NCBI GenBank assembly: GCA_020137815.1
Contig: CM035356.1
Span: 3,720,001 to 3,784,000 of the forward strand
Direction of reading: 5' to 3'
Length of the DNA: 64,000 nt
Origin: Hormiphora californensis
Taxonomy: Eukaryota > Animalia > Ctenophora
Below, in pieces: positions 1-10,772 of this stretch (the first letter of the stretch is position 1; each line of letters starts with the position of its first letter). Below the pieces are notes generated by a model. It worked only from the letters and a program-made list of their open reading frames with translations. It had not been told where the DNA came from and searched no databases. The translations under genes and the position numbers were made by a program.

Positions 1-1200
1 GGTTCAGGGTCCCAGTACGACGCTCTTTCAGCTAGGTCGATAGTGAAGGAGCCCAACTGAAAGAGGGTTAATTTAGTCATATTATTAGTCATCTATGGTA
101 CTTAGCTGGGGCAAATGGTATAAGTTTGGTAATATTTATTCAATGTGGCTGGCAGCATTACCTTTTCAGAGTCTCGTCCTCCATTTATCTCCTGAAAACA
201 AAACATTACATTACAACGTCTCACATCTTCCATTAGATCGGCTAGGGTACCCTTCTGCCTACTGACTGTTTGCCCACCACTGGTGGGCATACCGGCAGGA
301 GGCATAACGCCCAGCCACCATACATCATGAGACTCAAATCTAACGGTAACGTGGCAACACATGAATTTGTTGAAGTAAAGTTCTTTTGTAAAACAATCAC
401 ACAACGCTGATCGACTCTTGCTCCCAATTTGCCTATCAATTCATCTTTTTCTCTCGCTCTCTCGCTCTCTGCTTTCTGCCTCTTTTTTTACATTTTAATA
501 TTCCACATCTCTGTCTACTGCAGCACATGACTGAGCTTGCATATATTCGGCCGCCAAGCGACTGTTTTACATAGAATACTGTGTAATATGCACAAGACAA
601 ATTGAAAAAGAGAGATGGAGAGACAGAGAGAGGATGGAGAGAGGGAGAGGGAGAGAGAGAAAATAACCGGGGTGATGCACTGATGCAAAAAAGAAAAATA
701 TGTACATACATGATAGTATGTGGCAGATTAGAAAAAAGGAGAAGAAAAACAACTTACCCGCCATACTGAAACTTTAAGCATTTTGCTGACCAGTTCGCCT
801 TTGTTGCATTTCAATTTGGTTTCAAACTCAAACTGCTCATGCCATTCAACCCTATGACTCTGAATCGGCTTCCTGAAAATAATATCCTGTTGTTTAATTG
901 AATCCAAACACAGGACAAAAAAGTGCAGCACGGGAGAGAGGAGAACTTAAAATCACTTACGAGGAGGTTTTCCTTTTAAACTTTGAGTCGAGTTTTAGCT
1001 TGACAAACAGGTACTCACTAAAAGAATATTAAGGGTTAGAATAAGTTGTGTTATGTCCAAAATAGGGCACGATAAGAGAGGCACAAGCATGGGGTTGAAA
1101 TATGTGCTACATTGTAGTATTTTACTTACTTGTTAAATGGGACATAGTTAATATCATTGATGATAATGGTGACTTCAAAGCTATTATTCCCCGTCCTCAT
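1..1200 (-). CDS. FAM102/EEIG-family NT-C2 domain protein, 5' part; continues past window start. Exons 1200-1130, 1017-961, 872-758, 191-162, 56-<1
   Basis: Spliced GT-AG reading MRTGNNSFEVTIIINDINYVPFNNEYLFVKLKLDSKFKRKTSSKPIQSHRVEWHEQFEFETKLKCNKGELVSKMLKVSVWREINGGRDSEKLGSFTIDLAERAS follows the EEIG1/FAM102A N-terminal C2 pattern; intron phases are consistent. Confidence 0.8.
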
Positions 1201-1570
1201 GTCGCCCCATGCGTGAGGCTCAGTCCATCCCCGCCTATAACACGAGGAAAATGTATAATTAGGATAATTAAAAATGGGCATTATGCAATGTTCATGGGCT
1301 TCACCACCATCTCCGCCAACCGGAGCGAGGGCGGAGAATCTCCGGTTCTAAGTGTATGGAAGATGTGTTGATTTTGGGGCAATTACAATCAGACAAACTG
1401 CAAAATACAGGCGGCGACACGGTCAAAACTTCTGTTTGAGCTTTTCATACCACCTGACCGGAGCTATCGCCCCTTATCAAATGCTCCGTGTGTCCCTGTG
1501 CGTGATGCGTCCGGGGCGACAGCCGACAGGCGACAACCACGGTCACAGGGCCTGTAACCCCCCACAAGTA

Positions 1571-1905
1571 GTAAATGTAAATGTAAATGTAATATAATCA
1601 TTTATATATACCACTTTATAGTGTAAAATATTGGAGCATGCACTACTAGCCAACGCTCTACACACTCCTCACTTTCAAAAGTGGTACAGATACAAAACAT
1701 GAGCATACATAAATAGTTAATTTGTAGGGAACTATCCCACTTGGATAACATTATTGCGGATGAAATAACAGCCGTCTGGATCTTCTAATCGTAACCGTTT
1801 CAAAGTGGACCTGAGAGCTTTTTGCTCCTTCAGTTCAGAGGGCGTTAGGTCCGGAGAGAGATAAACAGCCGAAAACTGTTTAGAGTCCTTGAGGTTTCGT
1901 AGGCC
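1571..1905 (-). mobile_element. 5'-truncated non-autonomous LINE derivative: ORF1 C-terminus, short 3' UTR and (TTTACA)n tail
   Basis: Minus frame reads RNLKDSKQFSAVYLSPDLTPSELKEQKALRSTLKRLRLEDPDGCYFIRNNVIQVG* (stop 1734-1732), like CR1/L2-group ORF1 ends; GTAAAT repeats at 1571-1592 are a (TTTACA)n tail. Confidence 0.65.
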
Positions 1906-2460
1906 TAGCGCGGAGCGCCGTCGCTCCAGTACGGGTATATTTAGTCGTGCCCCCGGGCCCAGGACCCAGGGGCTGCAACGTGCAAGGCCCAGCAGGGGTC
2001 AAGGGGACAAAAATCAAACCGGCACTTTCGAGTTTTCTGAAAATTCAAAATTTTAAGTTTTGAAAATTTTAAGTTTGGAAATTCGCGATTCGATATATTT
2101 TCAAGTGAAAACATGGTGTGCGCGCGTGCGCGGCGTTACTTTTGGTTTTGCGCGTGACACTCCTCCTTTTTAAAAAATTAATTTTCGCGAAATTTCGGCA
2201 ATTTTTATCATTTGCCCACTTTTTGGCTACTTTTCTCGTTCTCTTCTCCTCTTTCACCCGAAAAGAGGGTCCTGACTCCTGGCCCATCCTTTCTTCGCCC
2301 CTGAGGGCTGGGTCTTTAACATATGTCAACGTTTTTCTTCTTTTTTTTAGTTCAAGTTTCAAACTTTCATCAACTACAACGTAAAACTATTTATTGAGGC
2401 GGCATCCCCCCTCAATTGTTTCAGTCGTATGACCCTACTCTGAGGAAGCTGATAACAACA

Positions 2461-3801
2461 ATGTCTGCAGCAGTAGTGCAAACTGAAAAGTCGGCTGACA
2501 AGAAGTCGAAAAAGGAGCCTGTGAAGACCGTGATACCTGAATTCCTGTTGGCGGAAGCACCTCCCCGCGCCAAAGCGGTCCTTGAGTTCTACAACAAATT
2601 GGAATGCAAGGTGGACGCCCTGTTGAGCGAAAGTATCATCAAGATCAAGTCTAAGTTTGGTGCACCGTACATTGAAGAACTTGCGACCTACCTATCTCTG
2701 GACATTCGGCAAACAGAAAATGAGAAGGGCTACAGAAACATCCCCCTCTTAATCCACCGCTGTCTTCTGAAAGCCAGATCATATACCCCGAGTAAGTGTG
2801 GGGTCTGCTCGGAATATTACTGTGTCGAAAAGGACACTGTACCCGTTTTCACCTGTTGGATGTGTTTTCAGGGAAGCCACGACTGTGAAGGAGTGGCCAA
2901 AATCTTCTCCACCCTGTACACCATCACTCAGCCACTGACGGGATTTAACTGGACCTGCCACTCCTGTACCGAGAAGGGTAGTCTCGATCTAATGTCGAGG
3001 ATACCTGTTATCCCGGGGAAAGATGATCCCGTGGTAGTGCCAGTTGAAATTATCACCCCAGACGTTACTGAAGAAGCTGTATCTGGCGAGGGCTCAAGCA
3101 GGGAATCATCTAAGGTCCCTTGTGCATTCCTGGCAGAAGGCTACTGCAGACACGGGATATCCGGTAAAAAGGAAGTGAATGGGGAAACCTGCCGTTTTCT
3201 CCACCGTAAAGTTTGCAGGAAATTTAGACTGTACGGATCTCATTCCCGCCATGGCTGTAAGTCGGGTTCAAAGTGCTCTAAACTCCACCCAAAACTATGT
3301 GAGGGCTCACAGCGGAGAATGAAGGAACGACAGTGCTTAAACCCTGATTGCCCGCATCTCCACCTAAAGGGTACACGAAGGAAAGAGGAAAACCCTGAGA
3401 GGAAAGAACGTCAGGAAGTTGTTAGGACAACACGGCAACCTAACACTCACACCACTGACCAGAGAGAGAGAGTGCAGGATGAACAACTCCCTCTTAGCGG
3501 CTCACCATTGCGACCAGTTTCGCAGCAAAACCCTGGACATCTACAATCGGGTTTTCTGAGCATTGTCTTGAAGGAGGTCAGGAATGCAAGAGAAGAGTCA
3601 CTGAGGCAAGCGGACAGAATGGAAGAAATTCTCTCCCAGCTTGGCCCCACCCACAGCGAATCAATGCTGCACAACCAGCTGGCCCACCACTTACAAGCAC
3701 ACCCGCCGGTGCAGTACACCCTACCTACAGGTACCCTCACTCAAGGAGTACATCGTCAACTCCCGACCCAAATACTGCCCTCTCAAAGATTATCCTACTA
3801 A
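2461..3801 (+). CDS. LINE ORF1 with PHD finger and CCCH zinc fingers
   Basis: CGVC...CWMCFQGSHDC...WTCHSC (PHD); CAFLAEGYC...CRFLH, CRKF...CKSGSKCSKLH, C...CLNPDCPHLH (CCCH); first ATG at 2461. Confidence 0.85.
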   Translation: MSAAVVQTEKSADKKSKKEPVKTVIPEFLLAEAPPRAKAVLEFYNKLECKVDALLSESIIKIKSKFGAPYIEELATYLSLDIRQTENEKGYRNIPLLIHRCLLKARSYTPSKCGVCSEYYCVEKDTVPVFTCWMCFQGSHDCEGVAKIFSTLYTITQPLTGFNWTCHSCTEKGSLDLMSRIPVIPGKDDPVVVPVEIITPDVTEEAVSGEGSSRESSKVPCAFLAEGYCRHGISGKKEVNGETCRFLHRKVCRKFRLYGSHSRHGCKSGSKCSKLHPKLCEGSQRRMKERQCLNPDCPHLHLKGTRRKEENPERKERQEVVRTTRQPNTHTTDQRERVQDEQLPLSGSPLRPVSQQNPGHLQSGFLSIVLKEVRNAREESLRQADRMEEILSQLGPTHSESMLHNQLAHHLQAHPPVQYTLPTGTLTQGVHRQLPTQILPSQRLSY

Positions 3802-6791
3802 ATGGGAGAAGTATTTCACCGGCTGCAGGGGGGAACACTCGGTGGAAACTCCCTTTCATCGAGGCTGTTTTGTTAAACAACCCAAACTCCCCGCGGACAG
3901 TTGCCCTTGCAATAACGGAGTCATGGTTGAAAAACTACATTGCAGATGCCCAAATCAAAATGCAAGGATACAGCACCTTCCGTTCTGACCGTCCTGACCG
4001 GAAAGGAGGAGGTTGTGTTTTGTACATTCGTGAGGACATCCCAATCAGCTACGCATACTCATTCAGTGACCGGGAATGCAGTCTGGTATTGGCTTTTAGT
4101 AAAGCAAAAAACATGTTGTTTTCATGTGTCTACCGTCCCCCCGACTCATCTGACCAGTCCTTCATCACAGTTATGAATGATCTCCAAGATAAAATCGATC
4201 TCCTGTCCAATGAAAGGAGCCCTGAAATGTTTATCATGGGCGATCTAAACTTGCCGTTGTTCAACTGGAAAGAAGAATCCCTGCCGTCAGCTGCTGCTAA
4301 CATAGCGGCTTATCAACGCACTGTGAACTTCATTGAGGAAAATTTCCTAACTCAGGTCGTAGACAAACCAACCAGAGGAAGTAATACTCTGGATGTTATA
4401 ATGACCAACTCACCCCAATACGTATCAACTGTGACAACCGAAGAGACAAAGATTTCTGACCACAGGATAGTTAACTGTACTCTAGTGATAAACCCCCTTA
4501 TGGAAACAGCAGACACCATCAAAAAGTGGGACCACATGAGTTTCCGAGGGTTGGACATTCAGAAAGCCAACTTTGAAGATATGAATGTAGACATTGCTTC
4601 TGTTGATTGGGACGAACTGCAGGCATTATGTGAGGAATCTGGAGACCCTGTTGGTGACAAATTCAAAGAACTTTTCATTCTAACTGTTTTGCAAATCACC
4701 ATCAAACACACACCTCAGAAGGTTCAGCGGAGGAAATTCAGCCCCCTGGAACCACTGAAAAGGAGAAGGCGGAAACTAAAAACAAGACTGGAAGCAATCT
4801 CTTCTGTCAATGTTAACATCCCCAAAATCGAAGCACTCGAAAACGAGCTCACAATACTTGAGGAGAAGATAAAACACTCTGTGGATGAATCAATCGAGAA
4901 GAAGGAACACAGCGCTGTTGATACGATCAAGGTCAACCCACGATATTTCTTTTCCTACGCAAAACGACTATCAAAAGTTAAATCGAACATTGCCCCTCTC
5001 AAACGTGATGATGGAACACTCACCACAGACAACACTGAAAAAGCGGAACTCCTGCAAAAACAGTACTGCCGTGCTTTCAGTGATCCAGACGGTGGAGACT
5101 TGCTGAAAAGTCTTTCTTGGGTTGAGGATAGCAGTGCGATTTTGGAGGATTTCACATTTACGTCTGATGACATTAAAGGAGCCCTCTCAGAACTTGATCC
5201 TGCTTCTGCCGGACCAGATGGTGACATCCCTGCTAAAATTCTCAGTGCTTGTAAAGCCACTCTTGCTGTACCACTCTTTCTTCTTTGGGAGCGGTCCTTC
5301 GAAGAAGGAATAACACCCCCAAACCTGAAAAAGCAGTACATCACACCAATCTTCAAGCGTGGTGACAAAACTCTTGCTGTTAACTACCGCCCTGTTTCAC
5401 TGACTTCTAACTTGCTAAAAACATTTGAACGAGTTGTACGAAACAAGTTGGTGGATCACCTTGAAAGTAACAATCTTCTACCAGATAGCCAACACGGGTT
5501 TAGGAAGCAACGAAGCTGTCTCACACAGTTACTTGATCACATGGACGGAATCTTTCGAGAGCTAAACAGCGGGAACGAAGTCGATGTAATCTATTTGGAC
5601 TATTCCAAAGCCTTTGACCGTGTCAACCATGCTATTCTTCTTGCCAAGCTGGAAAAGCTAGGCATCAAAGGGAAAGTACTAAATTGGATAAAAGACTTCC
5701 TTTCTGGTCGGTACCAAACAGTTACTGTTGACGGTGAAAAATCGAACTTCGAGCTGGTCAAAAGTGGAGTCCCTCAAGGGACCGTACTCGGACCAATCCT
5801 CTTTATCATCTACGTAGCTGATCTCCAAAGCCAAGTAATCCACAGCAAAATCAGAACCTTTGCGGATGATACCAAGCTCCAAAAGAGTGTCGACTCGGAA
5901 GAATCAGGAGCAGAAATGCAAGAGGATCTACAGCGTGTGGTGGAGTGGTCTGCAGCCAACTGTATGACACTTCATGAGGACAAGTTTGAGGTTATTCACT
6001 ATACTCTGAACAGAACATCCCTTCTCAGAGAACTGCCTTTCACCCATGACCTTAGCTCATATGTGACTCCAGGTGGAAATGAAATACAGCCAACGGATAC
6101 AGTGAAAGACCTTGGCATCACTCTATCAAACAATGGCTCTTGGACAGACCATGTCATGAGGATCTCATCAGAAGCACGAAGGATGGCCGCCTGGGCACTG
6201 AGAGCTTTTAAAGATAGGTCAGTAACCACTATGCTGACACTCTACAAGTCACTAATAAGGTGTAAAGTAGAATACTGCTCACCTTTATGGTCGCCCTACA
6301 AGATTGGTGACATCCAGGCGCTGGAGAGTATCCAGAGACAGTTTACCCGAAGGATCGAAGACATGGCACAACTTGACTATTGGGAACGGCTGAAAAAGCT
6401 TAGACTGATGTCATTACAACGACGGAGGGAGCGATACTCGATAATACAAATGTGGAAAATCCATAACGGTGCAGCCCCTAACAGCACGAATACCCGGTTT
6501 TACCATCATCAACGGCTCGGCATCCGAGCCGAAGTACCTACTCTTTACAGTGGAGCACAGAAGTCATTCTCAACAAAATACTTCCACTCTTTTACTGTAA
6601 GGGCCGCTCGGCTATGGAACACATTGCCGAAAGAGGTTAATACAGCAGTGACCTTAGATACGTTCAAGATCCTGCTGGGCCGTTGGCTGGACCACTTCCC
6701 TGACAATCCACCTGTGAAGGGTTATTCTACCCGGAACAACAATTCTATCATGGACTGGGTTTTGGAGGTTCGAGCTAAAGGGGGATGCTGA
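3498..6791 (+). CDS. LINE ORF2: AP endonuclease plus reverse transcriptase; frame open from 3498 and overlapping ORF1
   Basis: APE motifs IILLNGRSI, ITESWL, VYRPP, MGDLN, LDVI, SDH; RT motifs YRPVSLTS, QHGFR, LDYSKAFD, GVPQGTVLGP, FADD, KDLGI. Confidence 0.95.
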   Translation, partial: RLTIATSFAAKPWTSTIGFSEHCLEGGQECKRRVTEASGQNGRNSLPAWPHPQRINAAQPAGPPLTSTPAGAVHPTYRYPHSRSTSSTPDPNTALSKIILLNGRSISPAAGGNTRWKLPFIEAVLLNNPNSPRTVALAITESWLKNYIADAQIKMQGYSTFRSDRPDRKGGGCVLYIREDIPISYAYSFSDRECSLVLAFSKAKNMLFSCVYRPPDSSDQSFITVMNDLQDKIDLLSNERSPEMFIMGDLNLPLFNWKEESLPSAAANIAAYQRTVNFIEENFLTQVVDKPTRGSNTLDVIMTNSPQYVSTVTTEETKISDHRIVNCTLVINPLMETADTIKKWDHMSFRGLDIQKANFEDMNVDIASVDWDELQALCEESGDPVGDKFKELFILTVLQITIKHTPQKVQRRKFSPLEPLKRRRRKLKTRLEAISSVNVNIPKIEALENELTILEEKIKHSVDESIEKKEHSAVDTIKVNPRYFFSYAKRLSKVKSNIAPLKRDDGTLTTDNTEKAELLQKQYCRAFSDPDGGDLLKSLSWVEDSSAILEDFTFTSDDIKGALSELDPASAGPDGDIPAKILSACKATLAVPLFLLWERSFEEGITPPNLKKQYITPIFKRGDKTLAVNYRPVSLTSNLLKTFERVVRNKLVDHLESNNLLPDSQHGFRKQRSCLTQLLDHMDGIFRELNSGNEVDVIYLDYSKAFDRVNHAILLAKLEKLGIKGKVLNWIKDFLSGRYQTVTVDGEKSNFELVKSGVPQGTVLGPILFIIYVADLQSQVIHSKIRTFADDTKLQKSVDSEESGAEMQEDLQRVVEWSAANCMTLHEDKFEVIHYTLNRTSLLRELPFTHDLSSYVTPGGNEIQPTDTVKDLGITLSNNGSWTDHVMRISSEARRMAAWALRAFKDRSVTTMLTLYKSLIRCKVEYCSPLWSPYKIGDIQALESIQRQFTRRIEDMAQLDYWERLKKLRLMSLQRRRERYSIIQMWKIHNGAAPNSTNTRFYHHQRLGIRAEVPTLYSGAQKSFSTKYFHSFTVRAARLWNTLPKEVNTAVTLDTFKILLGRWLDHFPDNPPVKGYSTRNNNSIMDWVLEVRAKGGC

Positions 6792-7519
6792 AAAGACTGA
6801 CACCGGTTACGATTCTGTAATAAAGTTTATTTATCAAGTTTATCAAGTTTATCAAGTAATTAGTTATCTCTGAAATGTTCAGGTAGTTGACGTTGAGTGA
6901 TAAACAGTATTTATTTATTTATTTATTCAATCTAATTTGTATACATTGAATCACAATCAACATACACGCCCCTTCTTGCGGGCAAAATCGGATATTCAAT
7001 AAATTCAGACCTCCTGATAGAAATTAAGGCTATTTAGATAAAGATAGCAGTAATAAAATAGTTGATAATTAAAAGCTGGTATTAATAAACGGGGATTCGC
7101 GGATTCGCGGATAATGTCCCGGATCGCGGATAAAATCGCGGATAATTAATCCCGGATTGGATCGCGGATCGCGGATAAGTAATTGCGGATTGCGGATCGG
7201 GGATAAGTGATCGCGGATTGCGGATTGCGGATTGCGGATCGCGGATTGCGGATCGCGGATTGCGGATCGCGGATCGCGGATTGCGGATTGCGGATTGCGG
7301 ATCGCGGATTGCGGATCGCGGATTGCGGATTGCGGATTGCGGATCGCGGATTGCGGATCGCGGATTGCGGATTGCGGATCGCGGATTGCGGATCGCGGAT
7401 AAGTAATCGCGGATAAGTAATCGCGGATTGCGGATCGCGGATAAGTGATCACGGATCGCGGATTTAAAGTAATCGCGGATAAGTAATCGCGGATAAGTAA
7501 TCGCGGATAAGTAATCGCG

Positions 7520-8351
7520 TGTATGCGGTGCATGCAGAATGGTAAAGTCTTACCATGTTCCTGATAATCGGGGTTTACCCTGATCATTCCGTTGGATCAC
7601 AGAGAGAGATAGATCGTCTCTCTCTCCCCTCTCTTCTGTCGGTCATCCGCAATCTCCGAACAATGGTCGAGTAGTTGACAAAGAACTATTCATAACGACA
7701 AGAGGAACGACGCCGACGTGACAGGAGATTTCCATTTGTTATGATCAACGGACAATGGCAACAATGGAGCAGTGATCGCCGATGATTGAGATTTGACAAG
7801 AGATCCCCTTTTGTGAGGACAAAGAGATGAATGGCAACAATGGACGAACTAGCGTCGGGTGATCAGCTTTACCACGAGACATCCATTGTGGGCGACAACA
7901 CCAACAAAGGGACAAAGAGGTCAAGCCGGATGTAGTCAGGCGGATGAGAGGTCAGCGAGCTCGAGGATATAAGTGAGGAACTTGAGGACCAGAGAGCAGT
8001 TCTTTCTTCGGAGACGAGCTTAGGCTCATGAACTCTGTACTGAGAGTGAGAGTGTTGGTTATATTCTTTCTATCTTTTACCCCCTCAAACTACCTTGTGC
8101 TCGATCTATACCCTTAGCGGAAGACACATGAAGGAGGCAACAGTAGCTCATGGCAGGGGCCATGGGACGTACGGTTGACTCTGTGTATTGCTTGAACCCC
8201 GAGATATCTAGTGAAACCTAGTGAGACAGCGGTGAGATTGGAGATGGTCATAGAGTGAGCACTTGAGATGGAGAGTGAGTTCTGGCCTTACAAGGAGGGC
8301 ACCGTCTTTAGGTATCCTAATTGCAGGATACAGTGTCTCATTATGTTTACA
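7520..8351 (+). repeat. 5' LTR
   Basis: Starts TGTATGCGG, ends ATGTTTACA; no difference from the 3' LTR seen by eye; TATA-like GATATAAG near 7966. Confidence 0.95.
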
Positions 8352-8352
8352 A

Positions 8353-8368
8353 TGGAGCCCGATGCGAG
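8353..8368 (+). other. Primer binding site; tRNA identity undetermined
   Basis: TGGAGCCCGATGCGAG begins 1 nt after the LTR; TGG is complementary to tRNA CCA. Confidence 0.75.
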
Positions 8369-9929
8369 TTGACAAGAGTACGTTTTGAGGGGAGGTAGTC
8401 GTAACCTTCTCATTTTTAGACGTAGGTAGTCGTAACCTTCTTATTTTTGGACGCGGTGGGGGTAGTAGAGAATTGAGAGAGGAGTAGGGACTTATGAGAG
8501 CATTAAGAGCGCATTATGAGAGAGTATTATGAGAGAAACCCATAGATGTATGAATTTGTCCACGTGGACAGTTGAAATTCAAACAGGGAAGTGAGAAGAA
8601 GGAGAGAGATGCGAGTAATAAATAGCAGGGCTGGGAGAGAAGAAACAGTGCCGGTGTGGACAACTTCACTGCTCAGTAAGCAGATGTTCCCACACCGGTA
8701 CTCACATGCCAAGCCCGGGCAGGCTATTCTAATTCCAAGTTATCTTTGTCTTTTTTCATAGTATAAATTCTTGTTCTTCTCTTTTGAAACATACCCTGCG
8801 CGATGTCCCCCATCTTCGTTTGGGCTATGCCCCGGGGGTACATCAATATTCGATAGCACTTGGTATCCCCCATCCTCGTTTGGGCTATGCCCCGGGGGAA
8901 CCTCATTATGCGATATAATAATATATTTGTTTAATTTATAGTTGTGGTGAGGGGGTGATAACTCTTAGTTATCTTATAAAGAAATAAATATTACCCCCGG
9001 ACCAGCTGCAATTTCGTAGTGACTGGTCCCTATCGCGATGTGACGGTTTATTCATTCATCGAGAATCGTGTGAGGAGAGTGCTTGCTTTGTGAAAGCCGG
9101 TTATCGGATTTGATAACAAAACACGATAAATGGCCTTTAAAACAATTCTTCTAGACCCATGTCTAGATCTCATGTCTTTTGCCATTACTTTCAACTTCTA
9201 TTTCTCTGTGACCGTCACACGGTTTCCTCTTTTAAGACGAAAAGTTGTACTGCCCTGAGCTATATTTCCCCCCGTTTGAAAGAACGGCATGCGGCTTGTT
9301 GCCGGCGTTCGCTCCTGTGTGGTAGTCGAATATTCGTTGAAGTGATAAGTGTTGAAAGTGTAACGAGCGAAAAGTCCATTCCCATCATATCCAAGAACAG
9401 ACAGGCCGCCTGTTCTTGAGTCGGCACAGTGTGCACTCCAATGCCCGACCTCCCATTAGTAATCAGTTCGACAATATTTCCGCGGTTTATTATTACTCAT
9501 TATAAACCGCCCCCTCCTGCTGATATTTCCCCCTGCATAATGTGGGATATACCTCTGCTTTCATTCCTTTTCGGCAATATTGATCAGGCCGTATAGAACT
9601 TTTTATAAGTTCGAGTAAACGATCGAATATTACAACTACTTATTAACAACTACTTATTACCCCCCGCCTTTTCCGCTACTGTTGTCCCTGTCAGGTTCAG
9701 GAATGGTCTAACCAAGCATTCCTTTACAACAGCTTTTACTACTTACTTTTAAAACTTTACAAAGTACTTATTTATAATTTTACAAAACAACTGCTTATTA
9801 CCCCCCGATTACTTATAATTTTACAAAACAACTACTTATTACCCCCCGCCTACTCGCCTCCTGACACACGGTCGTGCGTCAGGGGACGAGGGGCATAATG
9901 CTATATTCCATAGTAAAAGTAAAGTTCAC

Positions 9930-10772
9930 ATGGAGTCGGAGAAGGACAAGGTTTCTCAACTCCTAAATCACCGAGTAGCATCGAGGAAGAAAATGGAAGA
10001 GGAGGGCGGATCGGTGACCGCAGCGCTGGAGGCAGATATCCGAGCTATCGACAGGACGGTGGCAGAATACACCCCAGACCAGCGGGCAGAGGCGGTGGAG
10101 GGGTTGACGACCCGGCTGAAAGAGGAAACGGAGGCCACACACCGAGTGATAGACACCCTCGAGAAGGTCCAGAGAGCTGGACAACTGAAGCAGCAGGAGT
10201 TGGAGACGGAGTTGGCCAAGAAACAAAAGGCCATTGATAAAATGAGAGATAAGACCACGGCGGTGGCATTGAGGCCATCGAAATATGTGTCCGATGTCAC
10301 GGACATCCGGGAGTACCTGGCCCGATTCAAAGTTTATGCCCGTGCCTCCAATATCAAGGATGACGACTGGGCGAATGTGGACCTGTTAATGTCCTACTTG
10401 GACACTCGGGCCCAGAAAAGGGTACTCAGGATGGAGCTGGATAAGAAGAACCTGGGCGCAGAGGAAGCCATGACAGCGATAATCAAGGAGCTAGAGGACG
10501 TGAGCCCCAAATCGAAGGCGAGAGCCAAGATGTATGAGGAATCCCAGAGGGAGGGGGAAAGGATGTCTGATTTTGCCACCAGGGTAGTAGACAAGGCACT
10601 AATTGCCTATGAAGACGAATATATGAGGATGATAGCCCAATTGGACGTGTTCGTAATGGGAGTCCGAGATGACGAGATAGGCCGGGACCTCCTCAAAGCT
10701 AAACATGCCAACTTTGACGAGGCGGTGGAGCACGCAATCGAATTGGAGGCAGTGTACGATTCCCGGAAATAA
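9930..10772 (+). CDS. gag: Gag/capsid-like protein (Ty3/gypsy type), no zinc knuckle
   Basis: N-terminal coiled coil, then DIREYLARFKVYARA, QREGERMSDFATRV, FVMGVRDDEIGRDLL...FDEAVEHAIELE, typical of retrotransposon capsid. Confidence 0.8.
   Translation: MESEKDKVSQLLNHRVASRKKMEEEGGSVTAALEADIRAIDRTVAEYTPDQRAEAVEGLTTRLKEETEATHRVIDTLEKVQRAGQLKQQELETELAKKQKAIDKMRDKTTAVALRPSKYVSDVTDIREYLARFKVYARASNIKDDDWANVDLLMSYLDTRAQKRVLRMELDKKNLGAEEAMTAIIKELEDVSPKSKARAKMYEESQREGERMSDFATRVVDKALIAYEDEYMRMIAQLDVFVMGVRDDEIGRDLLKAKHANFDEAVEHAIELEAVYDSRK

Larger units (their letters stand above)
2100..6856 (+). mobile_element. Near full-length CR1/L2-group LINE; 5' boundary approximate
   Basis: Two intact ORFs, very short 3' UTR with AATAAA (6819-6824), (TTTATCAAG)3 tandem tail ending 6856. 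Confidence 0.9.

Noticed and set aside
7090-7519. Possible CRISPR-like array
   Set aside because: Contiguous 7-14 bp repeats with no unique spacers, no cas genes and a eukaryotic context
7069-7587. ORFs with SAIRDPQ/RIADCG repeats (also 17217-17829)
   Set aside because: They are translations of the GCGGAT(T/C) tandem arrays in the foldback arms
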